Notes under the pieces: model-generated
What the model was told of the DNA's origin: nothing
The model's database searches: none
Seen by the model: the letters and a program-made list of their open reading frames with translations, nothing else
Translations under genes and position numbers: made by a program
Part shown: piece by piece, positions 28,745 to 39,720 of the stretch
How the letters are laid out: each line of letters begins with the position of its first letter
Position numbering within the stretch: position 1 is the stretch's first letter
Assembly (NCBI GenBank): GCA_028279595.1
Contig: JANQNK010000020.1
Location: forward strand, 288,001-352,000
Origin: Thermoplasmatota archaeon
Lineage (GTDB): Archaea; Thermoplasmatota; JAKEGO01
Direction of reading: 5' to 3'
DNA length: 64,000 nucleotides

Positions 28745-30383
28745 GCGGACCGAGAGGACGATGGACCCGAAGAACGCCCGGTGGCGCACCGACGAGCACG
28801 AGGTGGACGTCCAGTGGCGGGACATCGGAGGCATGCGCGAGGAGAAGAGCACGTTCAGGAGAATGGTGCGCTCCCTCGGGGAGACAGCGTCATATCCCTC
28901 GAAGGGCTTCGTGATATACGGCCCGGGCGGCTGCGGCAAGACGATGCTGGTGAGGGCGATCAGGAGGGAGGCCAAGCGCCAGGGCGTCGCATTCCATCGG
29001 ATCAGCTGTGCAGCTCTCTACATGGAATCGCAGCCGAAGCTCCGGCTCGACCACATCTTCCAGAGGGCCCTCGTACCCTCCGTCATCTATCTCGACAAGA
29101 TCGAGACACTCGCATACGCGGACGCCGCCGGCGCCGAGGAGGCCCGGACCAGCGAGAACCCGACCTTCGCGTACATGGCCGAGAAGATCGACTCCCTGCC
29201 GGACGGCGTGGTGCTGATCGTCGAGACGAACGAGCCGAACCTCCTTCCGGAGTTCCTTCTCAGGTCCGGTCGCCTCGAGAACCAGATCTATGTGCTACCA
29301 CCGGACGAATCGATACGGCATGAGATCTTCAGCAAGTTCCTCGACGACAAGGAGATGGCCGAACAGCTCGCCATCGACACCAAGGGCTACACGGGCGCCG
29401 ACATCATGAGGATCTCCGAGGAGATCAACGCCGGGCGGCTCAAGCCTTCCAAGGTACTTACCTTCAAATCATCCCTCAACTACGCGGAACACGCGAACTG
29501 CACTCTCTTCCAGAGACGCCACACCAGGGAGACCGTCTACCAGACAGACGTGGGATTCGAGGACATCGGAGGCCTGAAGGACGTCAAGAAGGACATCCAG
29601 TTCGCCATGGAGCTCATCAACGACGGAAAGCTCCAGAGGCGTCTAGGACTAGATGCCCCGAGGGGTATTCTACTCCAGGGCCCTCCTGGCTGCGGGAAGA
29701 CGATGCTCGCGAAGGCCATAGCCAACCAGCGCAAGGTCCCGCTCATCTCGCTCAAGGGAACGGACCTCCTCGCCAAGTGGCTCAACTGGTCCGTGCTGAA
29801 GGTCCGCGAGGTATTCACCGAGGCCGAGGAGAAGGCGCCATCGATAATATTCATCGACGAGCTCGACTCCGCCGCCCGAAGGCGCGGCGTCGAGGAGGGC
29901 GGCTCCGACGCCGTCGTCAGGGAGGTCGTCGGCGAGCTCCTGACCCAGATGGACGGCATCAAGGAGAAGGAGGACATCCTGGTCATCGCGGCTACGAACG
30001 ACCCGTGGTCGATAGACGACGCCCTGCTCAGGCCCGGCCGTTTCGACAAGATAATCTACGTCCCTCCCCCCGACGAGGATGGACGGCGCGAGATCATCGA
30101 CAAGGTCATCGGACGGTCGAAGATAAACCACGAGATCGACATCGAGCGCATAGTCAAGGCGACCGAGCACTACTCCGGCGCCGACCTCGAGAACATCTAC
30201 AACGAGACGCTCACCAGGCGCTACATAGAGCGAAAGAACCGTCTCCGGAAGATATCGACCAACGACTGGCTGAGGACCATCCAGGTCACTCCGCCATCTA
30301 TCTCCATGCATTCGCTGAAGTACTACGAGAACTTCCGAGCGGTCAAGAGGCTCGACAAGCACATCCCCGAGATGTACATGTGA
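28713..30383 (+). CDS. Cdc48-like tandem AAA+ ATPase lacking the N-domain
   Basis: Two DIGG modules, GPGGCGKT and GPPGCGKT, IFIDELD, ATN, RPGRFD; C-terminus MYM. Confidence 0.9.
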   Translation: MVETIRKALRERTERTMDPKNARWRTDEHEVDVQWRDIGGMREEKSTFRRMVRSLGETASYPSKGFVIYGPGGCGKTMLVRAIRREAKRQGVAFHRISCAALYMESQPKLRLDHIFQRALVPSVIYLDKIETLAYADAAGAEEARTSENPTFAYMAEKIDSLPDGVVLIVETNEPNLLPEFLLRSGRLENQIYVLPPDESIRHEIFSKFLDDKEMAEQLAIDTKGYTGADIMRISEEINAGRLKPSKVLTFKSSLNYAEHANCTLFQRRHTRETVYQTDVGFEDIGGLKDVKKDIQFAMELINDGKLQRRLGLDAPRGILLQGPPGCGKTMLAKAIANQRKVPLISLKGTDLLAKWLNWSVLKVREVFTEAEEKAPSIIFIDELDSAARRRGVEEGGSDAVVREVVGELLTQMDGIKEKEDILVIAATNDPWSIDDALLRPGRFDKIIYVPPPDEDGRREIIDKVIGRSKINHEIDIERIVKATEHYSGADLENIYNETLTRRYIERKNRLRKISTNDWLRTIQVTPPSISMHSLKYYENFRAVKRLDKHIPEMYM

Positions 30384-30448
30384 GTGGTCGGATCGACCGT
30401 TTCACCCCCGATAGCGTCGGATTTCTGCCCCTTTTTTAAATAATATCA

Positions 30449-30976
30449 GTGGTTCCGAGGTCGAAATCCAATGGACTGGCCCTTGGTGTGAAAGAGGGAA
30501 ACGTATTTATAACGTCGACGACAAAAATATACTTTGGTGGCAGGACGTTAGCAAAGACATACAAGGAATGTATACAGGTAGACTCCCTGTGCAACACGTT
30601 CACCGAGATGCTCTCCCGCGAGGGATTCAACATCTACAAGGTAAACAGAACCGATGAGGTTACCGAGGTCCAGCTTCTTCACAATGCCCCTCTCGTACTG
30701 GGGGATGTGGAGGCGATCGACATCGCGTTCCACAAGCTGGACGAAGGTTACAAGCTCGAGCTGAAGGTGGCCGTTCACGGCCGTGACATGGTGAACGTCC
30801 TACCCTCCGGCATCGAGATAATGGAGAACGCGATCGCCGACCTGACCCAGGGAAGCGGGCTCAGAAGGTATACCGTGGGCGTTCTCGGCGTCGGGGCACT
30901 GAACGCCTTCAGGGTCCAGAAACGCCTCCTTCGACAGCTGGAAGGCCTGGCAACGACCCCTCTGGGACATACCTGA
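30449..30976 (+). CDS. Hypothetical protein (start uncertain)
   Basis: Host-like codon usage from ~30550. Confidence 0.5.
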   Translation: MVPRSKSNGLALGVKEGNVFITSTTKIYFGGRTLAKTYKECIQVDSLCNTFTEMLSREGFNIYKVNRTDEVTEVQLLHNAPLVLGDVEAIDIAFHKLDEGYKLELKVAVHGRDMVNVLPSGIEIMENAIADLTQGSGLRRYTVGVLGVGALNAFRVQKRLLRQLEGLATTPLGHT

Positions 30977-31028
30977 TATTACGAAGATAGGAGACATCGG
31001 CCGATGGTCCCAGCCATGGCCGGACAAT

Positions 31029-31754
31029 TCACTTCCTGGAGCCCTCGGGCTCGGCAGTCATTACCATGAACCTCTCAAGGTGGTCCGCCAGGAAGGCATT
31101 TGTCGTGAAACCCGCTGCAGATAGGTCCGGCGCTGCGATCAGCGCGTTCTCACCATCCGTTATCAGGTCCACCGCTATGATCCCCTCGCGCCGAAGCACC
31201 GTCGCCTCCTCGGGTACCTTCTGGAAGGGCGCCGTGATTATCGTGACATCGATGCTCCTGGCTACCAGTCCCTGGAACTCCCTCTGGTAGAGCTTCCTGA
31301 ACTCGGACATGTAAGGGACGGACAGGACGACGCTGTTGTCCGCGGTGTCGAGGAACTCGCGGATCTTCTCGATGACCCTGTTCCGGCCCGTAAGCGTGTA
31401 GATAAGCTGAGGGACCCCCGACTCGCTTATGCTCCCGTGGATGGAGGACAGCTCGCCGTAGACGCGCTGGACACGGTCGACGGTCTCGCCCTGGACCGAT
31501 TCGATGGGGTTCGGCTTGTATATCTTCGGCCTACCCTGGGTGACGATGATCAGTCCCTTTTCGACCAATGAGCTGAGGACCTTGTAGCTGGAGGTCCTTG
31601 GAATTCCGGCGGACTGGGCGATGAGTTCGGCGTCCCCATATCCCCGTGCAACGAGTGCGACGTATGCACGCGCCTCGTACGACGTCAGACCGAACTCCAT
31701 CAGGTCGTCGGCCAGGGCGTCGATCTGGTCCTTGAGCCGTTCCGGTGCTTCCAT
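31029..31754 (-). CDS. TrmB family regulator
   Basis: FGLTSYEARAYVAL, GIPRTSSYKVLSSL.EKG, GRPKIY. Confidence 0.92.
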   Translation of the reverse strand: MEAPERLKDQIDALADDLMEFGLTSYEARAYVALVARGYGDAELIAQSAGIPRTSSYKVLSSLVEKGLIIVTQGRPKIYKPNPIESVQGETVDRVQRVYGELSSIHGSISESGVPQLIYTLTGRNRVIEKIREFLDTADNSVVLSVPYMSEFRKLYQREFQGLVARSIDVTIITAPFQKVPEEATVLRREGIIAVDLITDGENALIAAPDLSAAGFTTNAFLADHLERFMVMTAEPEGSRK

Positions 31755-31797
31755 CTGCGCCCTCAGTATGCACCCGGACTAAAAATGTTCCGATGGA

Positions 31798-32424
31798 TCA
31801 GGCATAGTTCCAGGCCTTGCTGGCCGCAATGATGCCTAGAATGCCGATCGGTATCGTGATCACTCCGCCGATACCGCAGAGAACGGCACCCGCACGGTAG
31901 CTACGGGACCCGATCAAAGCCCCACCAATGATGAGGAGGATGGCTGTGAACAGGAACACCATTCGCAATATCTCGATGTCCATCACCAATGCCATGAGCA
32001 ATGCAATGCCGCCATTGGTCATCGCCAGGGCGACAGGAACATTAACGGACGGTTCTGTTGGATATGATTCTGGTTGAGGGTACGATTGCCCAGGATGTGG
32101 TGCAGCCTGCACGGGAACTGACTGCCCAGCAAGTCTGTCCTCCAGTGCGGAGAAGAACCGGTCGACGTTCTTACCGCTCTTCCCCCAGTCCATTGTGTAT
32201 GCGCTCGAACTGAATGTGACCCTGGTTCCCCGCTCATCCATACCCATGGTAACGATCAGGCTCTCTCCGTAGGAGGCCATAGACATACCTGCGCTCGCGT
32301 TTATGCGACCTCCCTGATAATCGACTGACTTGGTCTTGAACTTGCAGTCCGTCAAGGCCACCTGTGCGGCCGCGAAGACGACGTCGTAATGTTGGGAGTA
32401 TAGTCTCCACTCTTCGGCACCCAT
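31798..32424 (-). CDS. Hypothetical membrane protein
   Basis: Soluble N-domain, Pro/Gln linker, about three TMs. Confidence 0.6.
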   Translation of the reverse strand: MGAEEWRLYSQHYDVVFAAAQVALTDCKFKTKSVDYQGGRINASAGMSMASYGESLIVTMGMDERGTRVTFSSSAYTMDWGKSGKNVDRFFSALEDRLAGQSVPVQAAPHPGQSYPQPESYPTEPSVNVPVALAMTNGGIALLMALVMDIEILRMVFLFTAILLIIGGALIGSRSYRAGAVLCGIGGVITIPIGILGIIAASKAWNYA

Positions 32425-32484
32425 GTTCTCACGATCCCCATTTCTGCGAAATGTCTATTTGGGTCCGTATGTCACAACGACTAT

Positions 32485-35400
32485 TTACGGTTTCTTGATG
32501 ACCTTCTTCTTAGGGGTTTCCCATACCGCATCCTCGCTCGCCTCGGACTCGGCGAACTCCTGCCTGAGCTTCTCGTACTCGTTGGCGTCCATCATCTTCG
32601 CCGAGGGCTCCTTCTTCTTTGCTGGCGCGCTTCCCTTGCCCTTGATCCCGCCCTTCCTGAGCTTGAGGACGATCAGGACGAGAAGCACAAGCACGATAAT
32701 GAGGATCAGGCCTGCTATCAGCGGCATGAGCGAGCTCTGGTCCGACCTCTTGTCCTCCTCGGGCTCATCTCCGACGAGCAGCGTCTTCGTGAGGGTATTG
32801 TTGTCCTCATCGAGCTCGTTGACCTCGTCCTCCGTGTCCACCCTCATCGTCATCGTGTGTGAACCGATCTCGAGGTCCACGGCGAAGGAGATAGTATCGG
32901 ACCCACCTGCAGTCACACCTGTCAGTCGGTAGCTCTTGATGAGGTTCCCGTTGTGCGAGAACGTCACGTTCACCCCGGGCGAGTCGATGAGTCCGACGTT
33001 GTCCACGGTCGCGGCTATCGTGACCGTGCCGGGGAACTCGAGGTAGGTGATCGGGCTGTCAGTGAAGAATATGAAGGAGGGCTCGAGGTCCGGCCGGCTG
33101 TAGACGAAGTCGGCCTCGGCTGCCTCTGAATCGTAGGTCCCGTCCGAGGACGAGACGCTCCATGTGTAATTGCCGAGCGGTATCGCACCTAGCGTATACG
33201 TGGTCGCCGTCAGCGATGTCCTGACGATCTCGCCGGTCGGACCGTTCACGACGATGTCATAGGACACATCGTCGCCGTCCGGCTCGATGGACGCGTTCCA
33301 GACGAGGGTCGGGGGCGATCCCACGATCTCTCCGTCGGCAGGCGACACCAGGACCGGAACCGTCGGCGGGCCGTCGGTGATCGTCAACGACCCGCTGCTG
33401 GCCGAGTCGGAGACGCCTCCCGCGACGTCGGTGAATACGAGGACAGCCCTGTAGGTGCCCTCGCCTGCCGGTCCCAGGACCTCTATGGTCTCCGTGCCGT
33501 TCGTCTCTCCCGTCCCCGTCGCGAAGGTGCTTCCGTCCTTGTAGACGATGTAGCTGTAGCCCGCCACCCCGGATCCGTCGTCCGAGGCGATGAACGAGAT
33601 GAACAGGCCGTCCCGGTCGCCGGTCAGTATAAGCTGATCGACCTCTGGAGGCATGGTATCGACCATGAGGACCCCTGAAACCTCCCACGGACCTGCGAGT
33701 CCGGTCTGGGAGTTGCTGCCCATGGCCCTGAAGAGGTACTTCCTCGCGTGCATAAGGCTCGCGTTGTGCGTGAAGTTGAACGATGACCAGACCTCGCCGT
33801 CGTCCTCGACGCGCAGCGTCGTCCATGTGGCCGTCTCCGGATCGAGGTCCGAGCCGACCACCGCGAAGGCCATCTGCAGCGTGACGTTGGACACATTGCC
33901 AGCGGATATCACCTGCACGTTGGCCCAGTCATGCATCGACCAGTTGGTGGGCGTTCCCAGCCAAATGGACGGAAGTGAATCGTCGAGTATCACTTCCGCG
34001 TACTGTGTCCCGCTCAGACCGGCGCCGTTGGTGACCGTGATGGTCACATTGTACACGGCCGGGACCCATTTCATCTGCTTCATCAATACCTGATAGCCGG
34101 ACCCGTTCCAGGGTACGGTGTAGGAATCGATGGGGTTCCCGGAATCGTAGGTTAGTGTTATGTTGAGCGATACGACGTCCGAGTCGATGTCGGTCGCGTT
34201 GCCGACGTAGAACGATATCTGCGATATGTTCCACGATGGACTGTCGGGTACCGGAGCGTCGATCATTGGCGGAGTTACATCGACCAGGGTCACGTTGCCG
34301 CTCGTCTCGTTGATCCATCCGTGCGAGTCGCCGGAGATCGACGTCCCCTTGACCCTGAACCGGTACGCTCCGGCCGAGACTGGACCATCCAGGAATCCAC
34401 CCGAGACCGAGACGTTCAACCACTCGGTCCAGTTCCCGATCTCACCCCTGTCGATGAACGCGAAGCTCATCTGAACGTAGAGTTCGTCGAGTTCCCCCTC
34501 GACAGTGATGTTGGCGGGGAGGGCCTCGTGGGTCCACCACCCGCCCGGTACGGAGATGTTCACGAACGGCGGCGGCGTTATCGGCTCCCTGTATGTCAGG
34601 TTGAGGGTTGCGTCTATCATCAGGTGTGTTGCGTTCAGAATGCAGTTGTGCTCGCTCCCGTCGTAGTTAATCTCGGCGTTGTAGGTCAGGGCCATCTCGG
34701 CCTGGATCCCCTTGAGCACCTCGACGAGCGCTCCCGGGAGGGTGAAGTCGTTGACGACGATGAACTGACCATTGGTCTCGATGGCGGTCTGCAGGAGCTC
34801 TCCCATGTCCCAGTTCCCGTGGGCGATGACGTGGACCGTGGTCCCCGCGGAGATGTTCCCCAGGAGGTCCTCGTACTGCATGTGCTGCTTCGGATTCTCC
34901 GCATAGTTCGGACCGAACGCGATGATGAGCATGTGCTGCCGTCTACCTTCCAGGTCGTTCTCCACGATCGCGTCGTAGCAGTGCGCCTCGGAACCCTGGG
35001 CCACTGATGTGTTGAACGCATCGGCGATGACCTGCGCCGACGAGTTGAAGTCGCTGATCGGGTAGACATCCGTCGAATACTTGATGACCTCGACCGCCTC
35101 CGACGCGGTCAGGTTCTCGATGAACGGAAGCGTCCATTCGGTTACTGACGACCTCAATCTGGACGGCATGGAGTTGGACCAGTCCATGAGCACCGAGATG
35201 TTCCTGAGCGATGGGGTCCAGATGTCGATCTCACGATACCAGTCCTCCCAGAGCGAGGCTGTGGAGTTGTCGATATCCGTTATGTAGGTGTCGTTCGAGA
35301 GCTGGTACGTGAAGTGTACCTCGGTGAGCAGGTCCTCGAACCTCACGGTCCGCAGGTCGATCTCAGCGGACAGCACGATCGGACCCCTCTTCCGGTCGAC

Positions 35401-38400
35401 CGGGTCCCATCGGATCGCGTGCAGATCGTTGACATCGAAGGCCTGGAACTCGTACCTTATCCTGTGGCTGACGGGGAGCCTCGTGCTGAAGTTGAAGACC
35501 ACGCCGGATGCCCAGTCCGTGCTGCTCCCGACCTTGGTCATGTTGAAACCGCCCTCATCGAACGTACCGTCCTCGTAGGGGAAGGACGACTTGTATTTCC
35601 CATCGTTGTCGACGTCTATCCATACGACCGGGGTCCCATTGAGCGGGGCGTCGCCGTTGGGGTCCGTGTACAGTACCCTGAACTCGAACGACTGCGAAGC
35701 ATTCCCGAGGTCGGGGTAGACCCCGGTATCGATGTAGTTCGTCTCGTTGGTCCACTTCAGGTTCGGCGGCGCTATGTCCGATACGAACTCCTCGACATGG
35801 GACGTGCTCATGTCTACCGTCCTTGAATCCTCCCAGTACATGTAGCTGGCGTTGACCGTGACGTTCGGTGTGGTGGTCGACGAGCCTGTGTAGGTCTTGT
35901 ACGCCACCAGGAACCACCACGTCTCACCGCTGTTGTTGGTCTGCGGGTCGAATCCGCCGTATCCGTTCGTCTTGTACCTGTATTCGGAGTCCTCGAGGCA
36001 GTAGACATCCCCTAGCGGTATGGGTGTGAGGTCGAAGAAGAGGATCCTGACCCTGAGCCAGTTGCTGACGTCTAGGACCGCCACGTCGTTGATCTCGATG
36101 TCCCCCTCGTCGTACGTCACGTTCACGAAGAAGGCGTCCGCGTCCTCGGTCAGGTTCACCGGAACGTTCGAACCGGACGTGTCCGACGCCCTCATGGAGT
36201 TCCTGAACCCTTCGATGCACTTGAGCGCCTCGTCGGTCCTTTCGAAGGTCGCCCTCTTGATCTTGTTACGACTGCTCTCCTCGATGAGGATCCCTGTCTC
36301 AGCTCCGAAGAAATTGCAGTCGACGATCATGTTGAAATCGCTGAGGTTGAGATGCAGAGGGACGTCTATCCCGTAGAAGTCGCAGGCCTCGATCCTGCTG
36401 TCCGGAGCCTCGTACATGTAGATGGCGATGTCGTTCCCCGAGAACGTGCAGTTCTGGACCACGGTCTCGTTGGAATCGACGATCGAGATACCTGTGGCCG
36501 GTCCGCTGAGGTTACAGTCGATGACCCTTGTGAAATAGGACTGTGACCGTATCTCCACGCCGATGTCGCCGCCGAACACGTTCTGGTAGATCCTGTTCTC
36601 CTTCGACGCGGCTATCACGACGCAGGACGGGGCGTCGATGTCGTTTCCCCTGACATTCGTCTCCCTGCCTCCCGTGACCCTGACACCGGACTCGTTGGCC
36701 CGGATCTCGTTGTCCTCCACCGAGATGTTCCGCGAGAACCTCACCCATATCCCGTAGGGTGCCGCGTCCTCGATCATGTTCTCGGTGACCAGGATGTTCT
36801 CCGACTCCAGCATCTGGATCGCGAACTCCGAGTCGGATATCTCGTTGTCGATGATCGTTATGTTGCTCGCTTCGTACAGGTTGAAGCCCTTGTAGGTCCC
36901 GTTGAGGATGCAGCCTTCGACAGTGACATTGTCGGACTGCTGGATGGTGACATCGGCGTAGTAGTTCCAGTACAGGACGTTCCTTCCGAGGGTGAGGTCA
37001 TTGGCTCCCGTTATCAGGATACCTGAACCCGTCAGGTGGTTGTATCCGTTCCCGAACGCCACGTTGTCCGACACATCGAGGTTTCTGGGATCGCCCTTGA
37101 GCCGTATCCCGTACCTGTCGTTGGCCCGGAGACGGTTCCAGTTGACGGCGATGTCGTTACCGCCCCGGACGAATATCCCGTACCTGTTCTCCACGCATGT
37201 GTTGTTCCTGACGACGTTGTTGTCCCCGTCAACGTCGATGCCGGACGAGGTCGAGTTCGTCACCGTGTTGAAGGCGACGTGGTTGTCGCCACCCTCGATG
37301 ACTATCCCGTTCAGATTGTCGTTCAACGTGTTGTTCTCGACCGATGCGTCATCGACGCAGAGGACGCCGATATCGTTCCTGTTGATCCTGTTCCAAACGA
37401 CGGTGAGCTCTCCCACGGCCGGAATGCCGATGTCGTTGTTCAGGACGTCGCATCCCTCGACACGGGCCGAACCGCTCTCGAGCGTCACCCCGTACTTGTT
37501 GTTCTTCAGCGTGGACGATGTTACGTTCGCCGAGCTGTCGATGATGAGGACGCCGGACGTGCCGTTCTCAAGCACACAGGAGTCGACCGATGCCCATTCC
37601 GAATCGACGAACGTTATCTTTCCGGTGTTCGAGACCCGTTTCGCTGTAAGCTCGATCCCGGAGAGGTCCACCGAGTCGTTCCTGAAGAAGTAGTGGATCT
37701 CCTCGCCGTTCGCGATGTTCGTCATGTTGATCCAGTGGTCGTAACGCTCCTCGATGAAAAGCCCGTACTCGTCCGAGTCCATGTCGTTATCGTCTAGCCT
37801 GCACTTGCGTGAATCGATGAGTGATATCCCCCGCAGATTGTTCCTCATCGAATTGTCCCTCACGGTTATGTTGGTGGATTCTATGAGGAAGATGCCGCTG
37901 CCCTCCGCGTTGTTCCTGAGGATATTGTCCGAGACAACGATGTTCCTGCAGTTGTACAACGTCACCTTCCCGACATTGCTGACATCGTTTGCCGTGAGCG
38001 TTAGCGAATCGATGGACACGCTAGCGCCCTTGTCGTTATAGTAATAGACCGGTTCGGTGTTGACAAGACAGGACGTCTCGAGCTGATTGTCGAAGTTCCC
38101 CTCGATGTAATAGCCGTACTTGTCATTCCCGGACATGATCGTACTGGTGACCAGGTTCTCCTCCGTGTCGATGAGTGCGATCCCCGCCTGGTTGTTGCTC
38201 GAAGCCCCGCTCCAGTTTATCCAGTTGCCGCTCCCGCCTTCGATCCTTATGCCCCATTCGTTGTCGATGCAGGTCACGTTGTAGAGGTACGTGTCCGTGG
38301 TGTCGACGAGGCGGATCCCGTTGAACACCTGCCTGGACGTCAGATTGTGCACGTAGATGTCATTGCACTCGATCACCGTAAGGCCGCTATCCCCGACCGA

Positions 38401-39375
38401 TGTCGAGCCGCGATTGATGCTGTTGTTGCCGACGTCGATGTTCTCGCAGTTCCATAGCAGTATGCAGGAGCCGAAGGGCTGGTTGTTGAGCTCGTTGTCG
38501 AATATGCTCACGTAGCTGGAATTGGCGACGGTTATCTTCCCGATCGTGCTTACCTGGGTCTCGATCAGCGTGTATCCCGTGATCTCCTCGTAATCGTTCG
38601 AGGTGCCGTGTAGGTCGTTGAAGTAATGGATGCTCTCGCCGTTTATCACGAGGCTGGTCCTTATGGTGTGGTCGTACCGTCCCGAGACGGCGAGGCCGAA
38701 GGTCTGGTTCGTATCGATCGTGGTGTTCTCGATAATGCATCCCCACGAGTCCTGGAGTGTGATCCCCCCATGGGCGATGTCCTCGTCGGTGTAACTCGAG
38801 GTGGAGTTCGAGATCGTGCATCTCTTCGACTCCGCGATCTGCCCCATCTCCGCCAGGTCGGTGACGGCAAGGCCGTCGATATGGAATCCGTCGCAATCCG
38901 TCAACAGGAACCCCGTCCGCGACGGACCAGTGTCCGGCCCTTGCCTGACGGTGACCCGGTCGATCCGGCCGCTGCAATCGGTCACATCGAACCCGTAGGA
39001 TGACATCTCTATCGTCAGGTCGCTAACGGTGATATTGAGTCTCCTGAGCACGAAGGCTGGATCGTCGGAGCCGTTGATCACGACGCCCGCCCGGGACTCG
39101 CCGACGATGTCGAGGTTCGATCCGTTGAAGACGGTCCGATTGATCCTGACGGTCTCGACGTATGCCCCGTTGTGGATGTATATCGTGTCATTGTTCCCCG
39201 CATTGTCCACGGCCTGTCCGATGGTCGGGTAGGGATTCCCAGCGGTCCCGTTCCCTCCGCCCGAATTGTCGTCGTCGACGTATATGGTCCTCGCACTGCT
39301 GGACATAGGAACCAGAGCGACGCACCCAATCAGGACAACCATCGAGAGGAAAAGGATATACCTCGTTCTAATCAT
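32485..39375 (-). CDS. Giant surface protein: beta-helix (NosD/CASH) repeats, vWA-like, Ig-like and CARDB domains, TM anchor
   Basis: TIYVDDD...NPYPTI.QAV, many N..GI repeats, LMDWSNSM (DxSxS), PDL...NELDEDNN, C-terminal TM. Confidence 0.85.
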   Translation of the reverse strand: MIRTRYILFLSMVVLIGCVALVPMSSSARTIYVDDDNSGGGNGTAGNPYPTIGQAVDNAGNNDTIYIHNGAYVETVRINRTVFNGSNLDIVGESRAGVVINGSDDPAFVLRRLNITVSDLTIEMSSYGFDVTDCSGRIDRVTVRQGPDTGPSRTGFLLTDCDGFHIDGLAVTDLAEMGQIAESKRCTISNSTSSYTDEDIAHGGITLQDSWGCIIENTTIDTNQTFGLAVSGRYDHTIRTSLVINGESIHYFNDLHGTSNDYEEITGYTLIETQVSTIGKITVANSSYVSIFDNELNNQPFGSCILLWNCENIDVGNNSINRGSTSVGDSGLTVIECNDIYVHNLTSRQVFNGIRLVDTTDTYLYNVTCIDNEWGIRIEGGSGNWINWSGASSNNQAGIALIDTEENLVTSTIMSGNDKYGYYIEGNFDNQLETSCLVNTEPVYYYNDKGASVSIDSLTLTANDVSNVGKVTLYNCRNIVVSDNILRNNAEGSGIFLIESTNITVRDNSMRNNLRGISLIDSRKCRLDDNDMDSDEYGLFIEERYDHWINMTNIANGEEIHYFFRNDSVDLSGIELTAKRVSNTGKITFVDSEWASVDSCVLENGTSGVLIIDSSANVTSSTLKNNKYGVTLESGSARVEGCDVLNNDIGIPAVGELTVVWNRINRNDIGVLCVDDASVENNTLNDNLNGIVIEGGDNHVAFNTVTNSTSSGIDVDGDNNVVRNNTCVENRYGIFVRGGNDIAVNWNRLRANDRYGIRLKGDPRNLDVSDNVAFGNGYNHLTGSGILITGANDLTLGRNVLYWNYYADVTIQQSDNVTVEGCILNGTYKGFNLYEASNITIIDNEISDSEFAIQMLESENILVTENMIEDAAPYGIWVRFSRNISVEDNEIRANESGVRVTGGRETNVRGNDIDAPSCVVIAASKENRIYQNVFGGDIGVEIRSQSYFTRVIDCNLSGPATGISIVDSNETVVQNCTFSGNDIAIYMYEAPDSRIEACDFYGIDVPLHLNLSDFNMIVDCNFFGAETGILIEESSRNKIKRATFERTDEALKCIEGFRNSMRASDTSGSNVPVNLTEDADAFFVNVTYDEGDIEINDVAVLDVSNWLRVRILFFDLTPIPLGDVYCLEDSEYRYKTNGYGGFDPQTNNSGETWWFLVAYKTYTGSSTTTPNVTVNASYMYWEDSRTVDMSTSHVEEFVSDIAPPNLKWTNETNYIDTGVYPDLGNASQSFEFRVLYTDPNGDAPLNGTPVVWIDVDNDGKYKSSFPYEDGTFDEGGFNMTKVGSSTDWASGVVFNFSTRLPVSHRIRYEFQAFDVNDLHAIRWDPVDRKRGPIVLSAEIDLRTVRFEDLLTEVHFTYQLSNDTYITDIDNSTASLWEDWYREIDIWTPSLRNISVLMDWSNSMPSRLRSSVTEWTLPFIENLTASEAVEVIKYSTDVYPISDFNSSAQVIADAFNTSVAQGSEAHCYDAIVENDLEGRRQHMLIIAFGPNYAENPKQHMQYEDLLGNISAGTTVHVIAHGNWDMGELLQTAIETNGQFIVVNDFTLPGALVEVLKGIQAEMALTYNAEINYDGSEHNCILNATHLMIDATLNLTYREPITPPPFVNISVPGGWWTHEALPANITVEGELDELYVQMSFAFIDRGEIGNWTEWLNVSVSGGFLDGPVSAGAYRFRVKGTSISGDSHGWINETSGNVTLVDVTPPMIDAPVPDSPSWNISQISFYVGNATDIDSDVVSLNITLTYDSGNPIDSYTVPWNGSGYQVLMKQMKWVPAVYNVTITVTNGAGLSGTQYAEVILDDSLPSIWLGTPTNWSMHDWANVQVISAGNVSNVTLQMAFAVVGSDLDPETATWTTLRVEDDGEVWSSFNFTHNASLMHARKYLFRAMGSNSQTGLAGPWEVSGVLMVDTMPPEVDQLILTGDRDGLFISFIASDDGSGVAGYSYIVYKDGSTFATGTGETNGTETIEVLGPAGEGTYRAVLVFTDVAGGVSDSASSGSLTITDGPPTVPVLVSPADGEIVGSPPTLVWNASIEPDGDDVSYDIVVNGPTGEIVRTSLTATTYTLGAIPLGNYTWSVSSSDGTYDSEAAEADFVYSRPDLEPSFIFFTDSPITYLEFPGTVTIAATVDNVGLIDSPGVNVTFSHNGNLIKSYRLTGVTAGGSDTISFAVDLEIGSHTMTMRVDTEDEVNELDEDNNTLTKTLLVGDEPEEDKRSDQSSLMPLIAGLILIIVLVLLVLIVLKLRKGGIKGKGSAPAKKKEPSAKMMDANEYEKLRQEFAESEASEDAVWETPKKKVIKKP

Positions 39376-39468
39376 GATTATCCCGGTTGAATCGCTGTTG
39401 AATGCTAATAAGCTTTATGGTGTTAGCTTCCGCATTAAGATGAAGGTACAATGACCGATGTGTCCGGA

Positions 39469-39720
39469 TCAGAATGCTAATACGTCCCAGAGATAACGCG
39501 GAAGCTCGGTCCAAATGAGATAGATCGTGAAGCCGAGCCCGCCGAGGAGCAGGATGCCGAGACCCGTGATCTCAACGGTCTTGATGTACTCCTCCTGCGT
39601 CGGCTGACGGGCCATCTTGAGCACCCTGCCGTACTTGCCCTTGCCCATGCGGCGAGCAGTGTGCTCGATATCGTCCTGGAGCTCGGTGGCCCTCTTGAAG
39701 AGCCTGTCGATCCGGCGCAT
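39469..39720 (-). CDS. secE: Protein translocase Sec61-gamma/SecE
   Basis: YGRVLKMARQPTQEEY....ITGLGILLLGGLGF. Confidence 0.92.
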   Translation of the reverse strand: MRRIDRLFKRATELQDDIEHTARRMGKGKYGRVLKMARQPTQEEYIKTVEITGLGILLLGGLGFTIYLIWTELPRYLWDVLAF

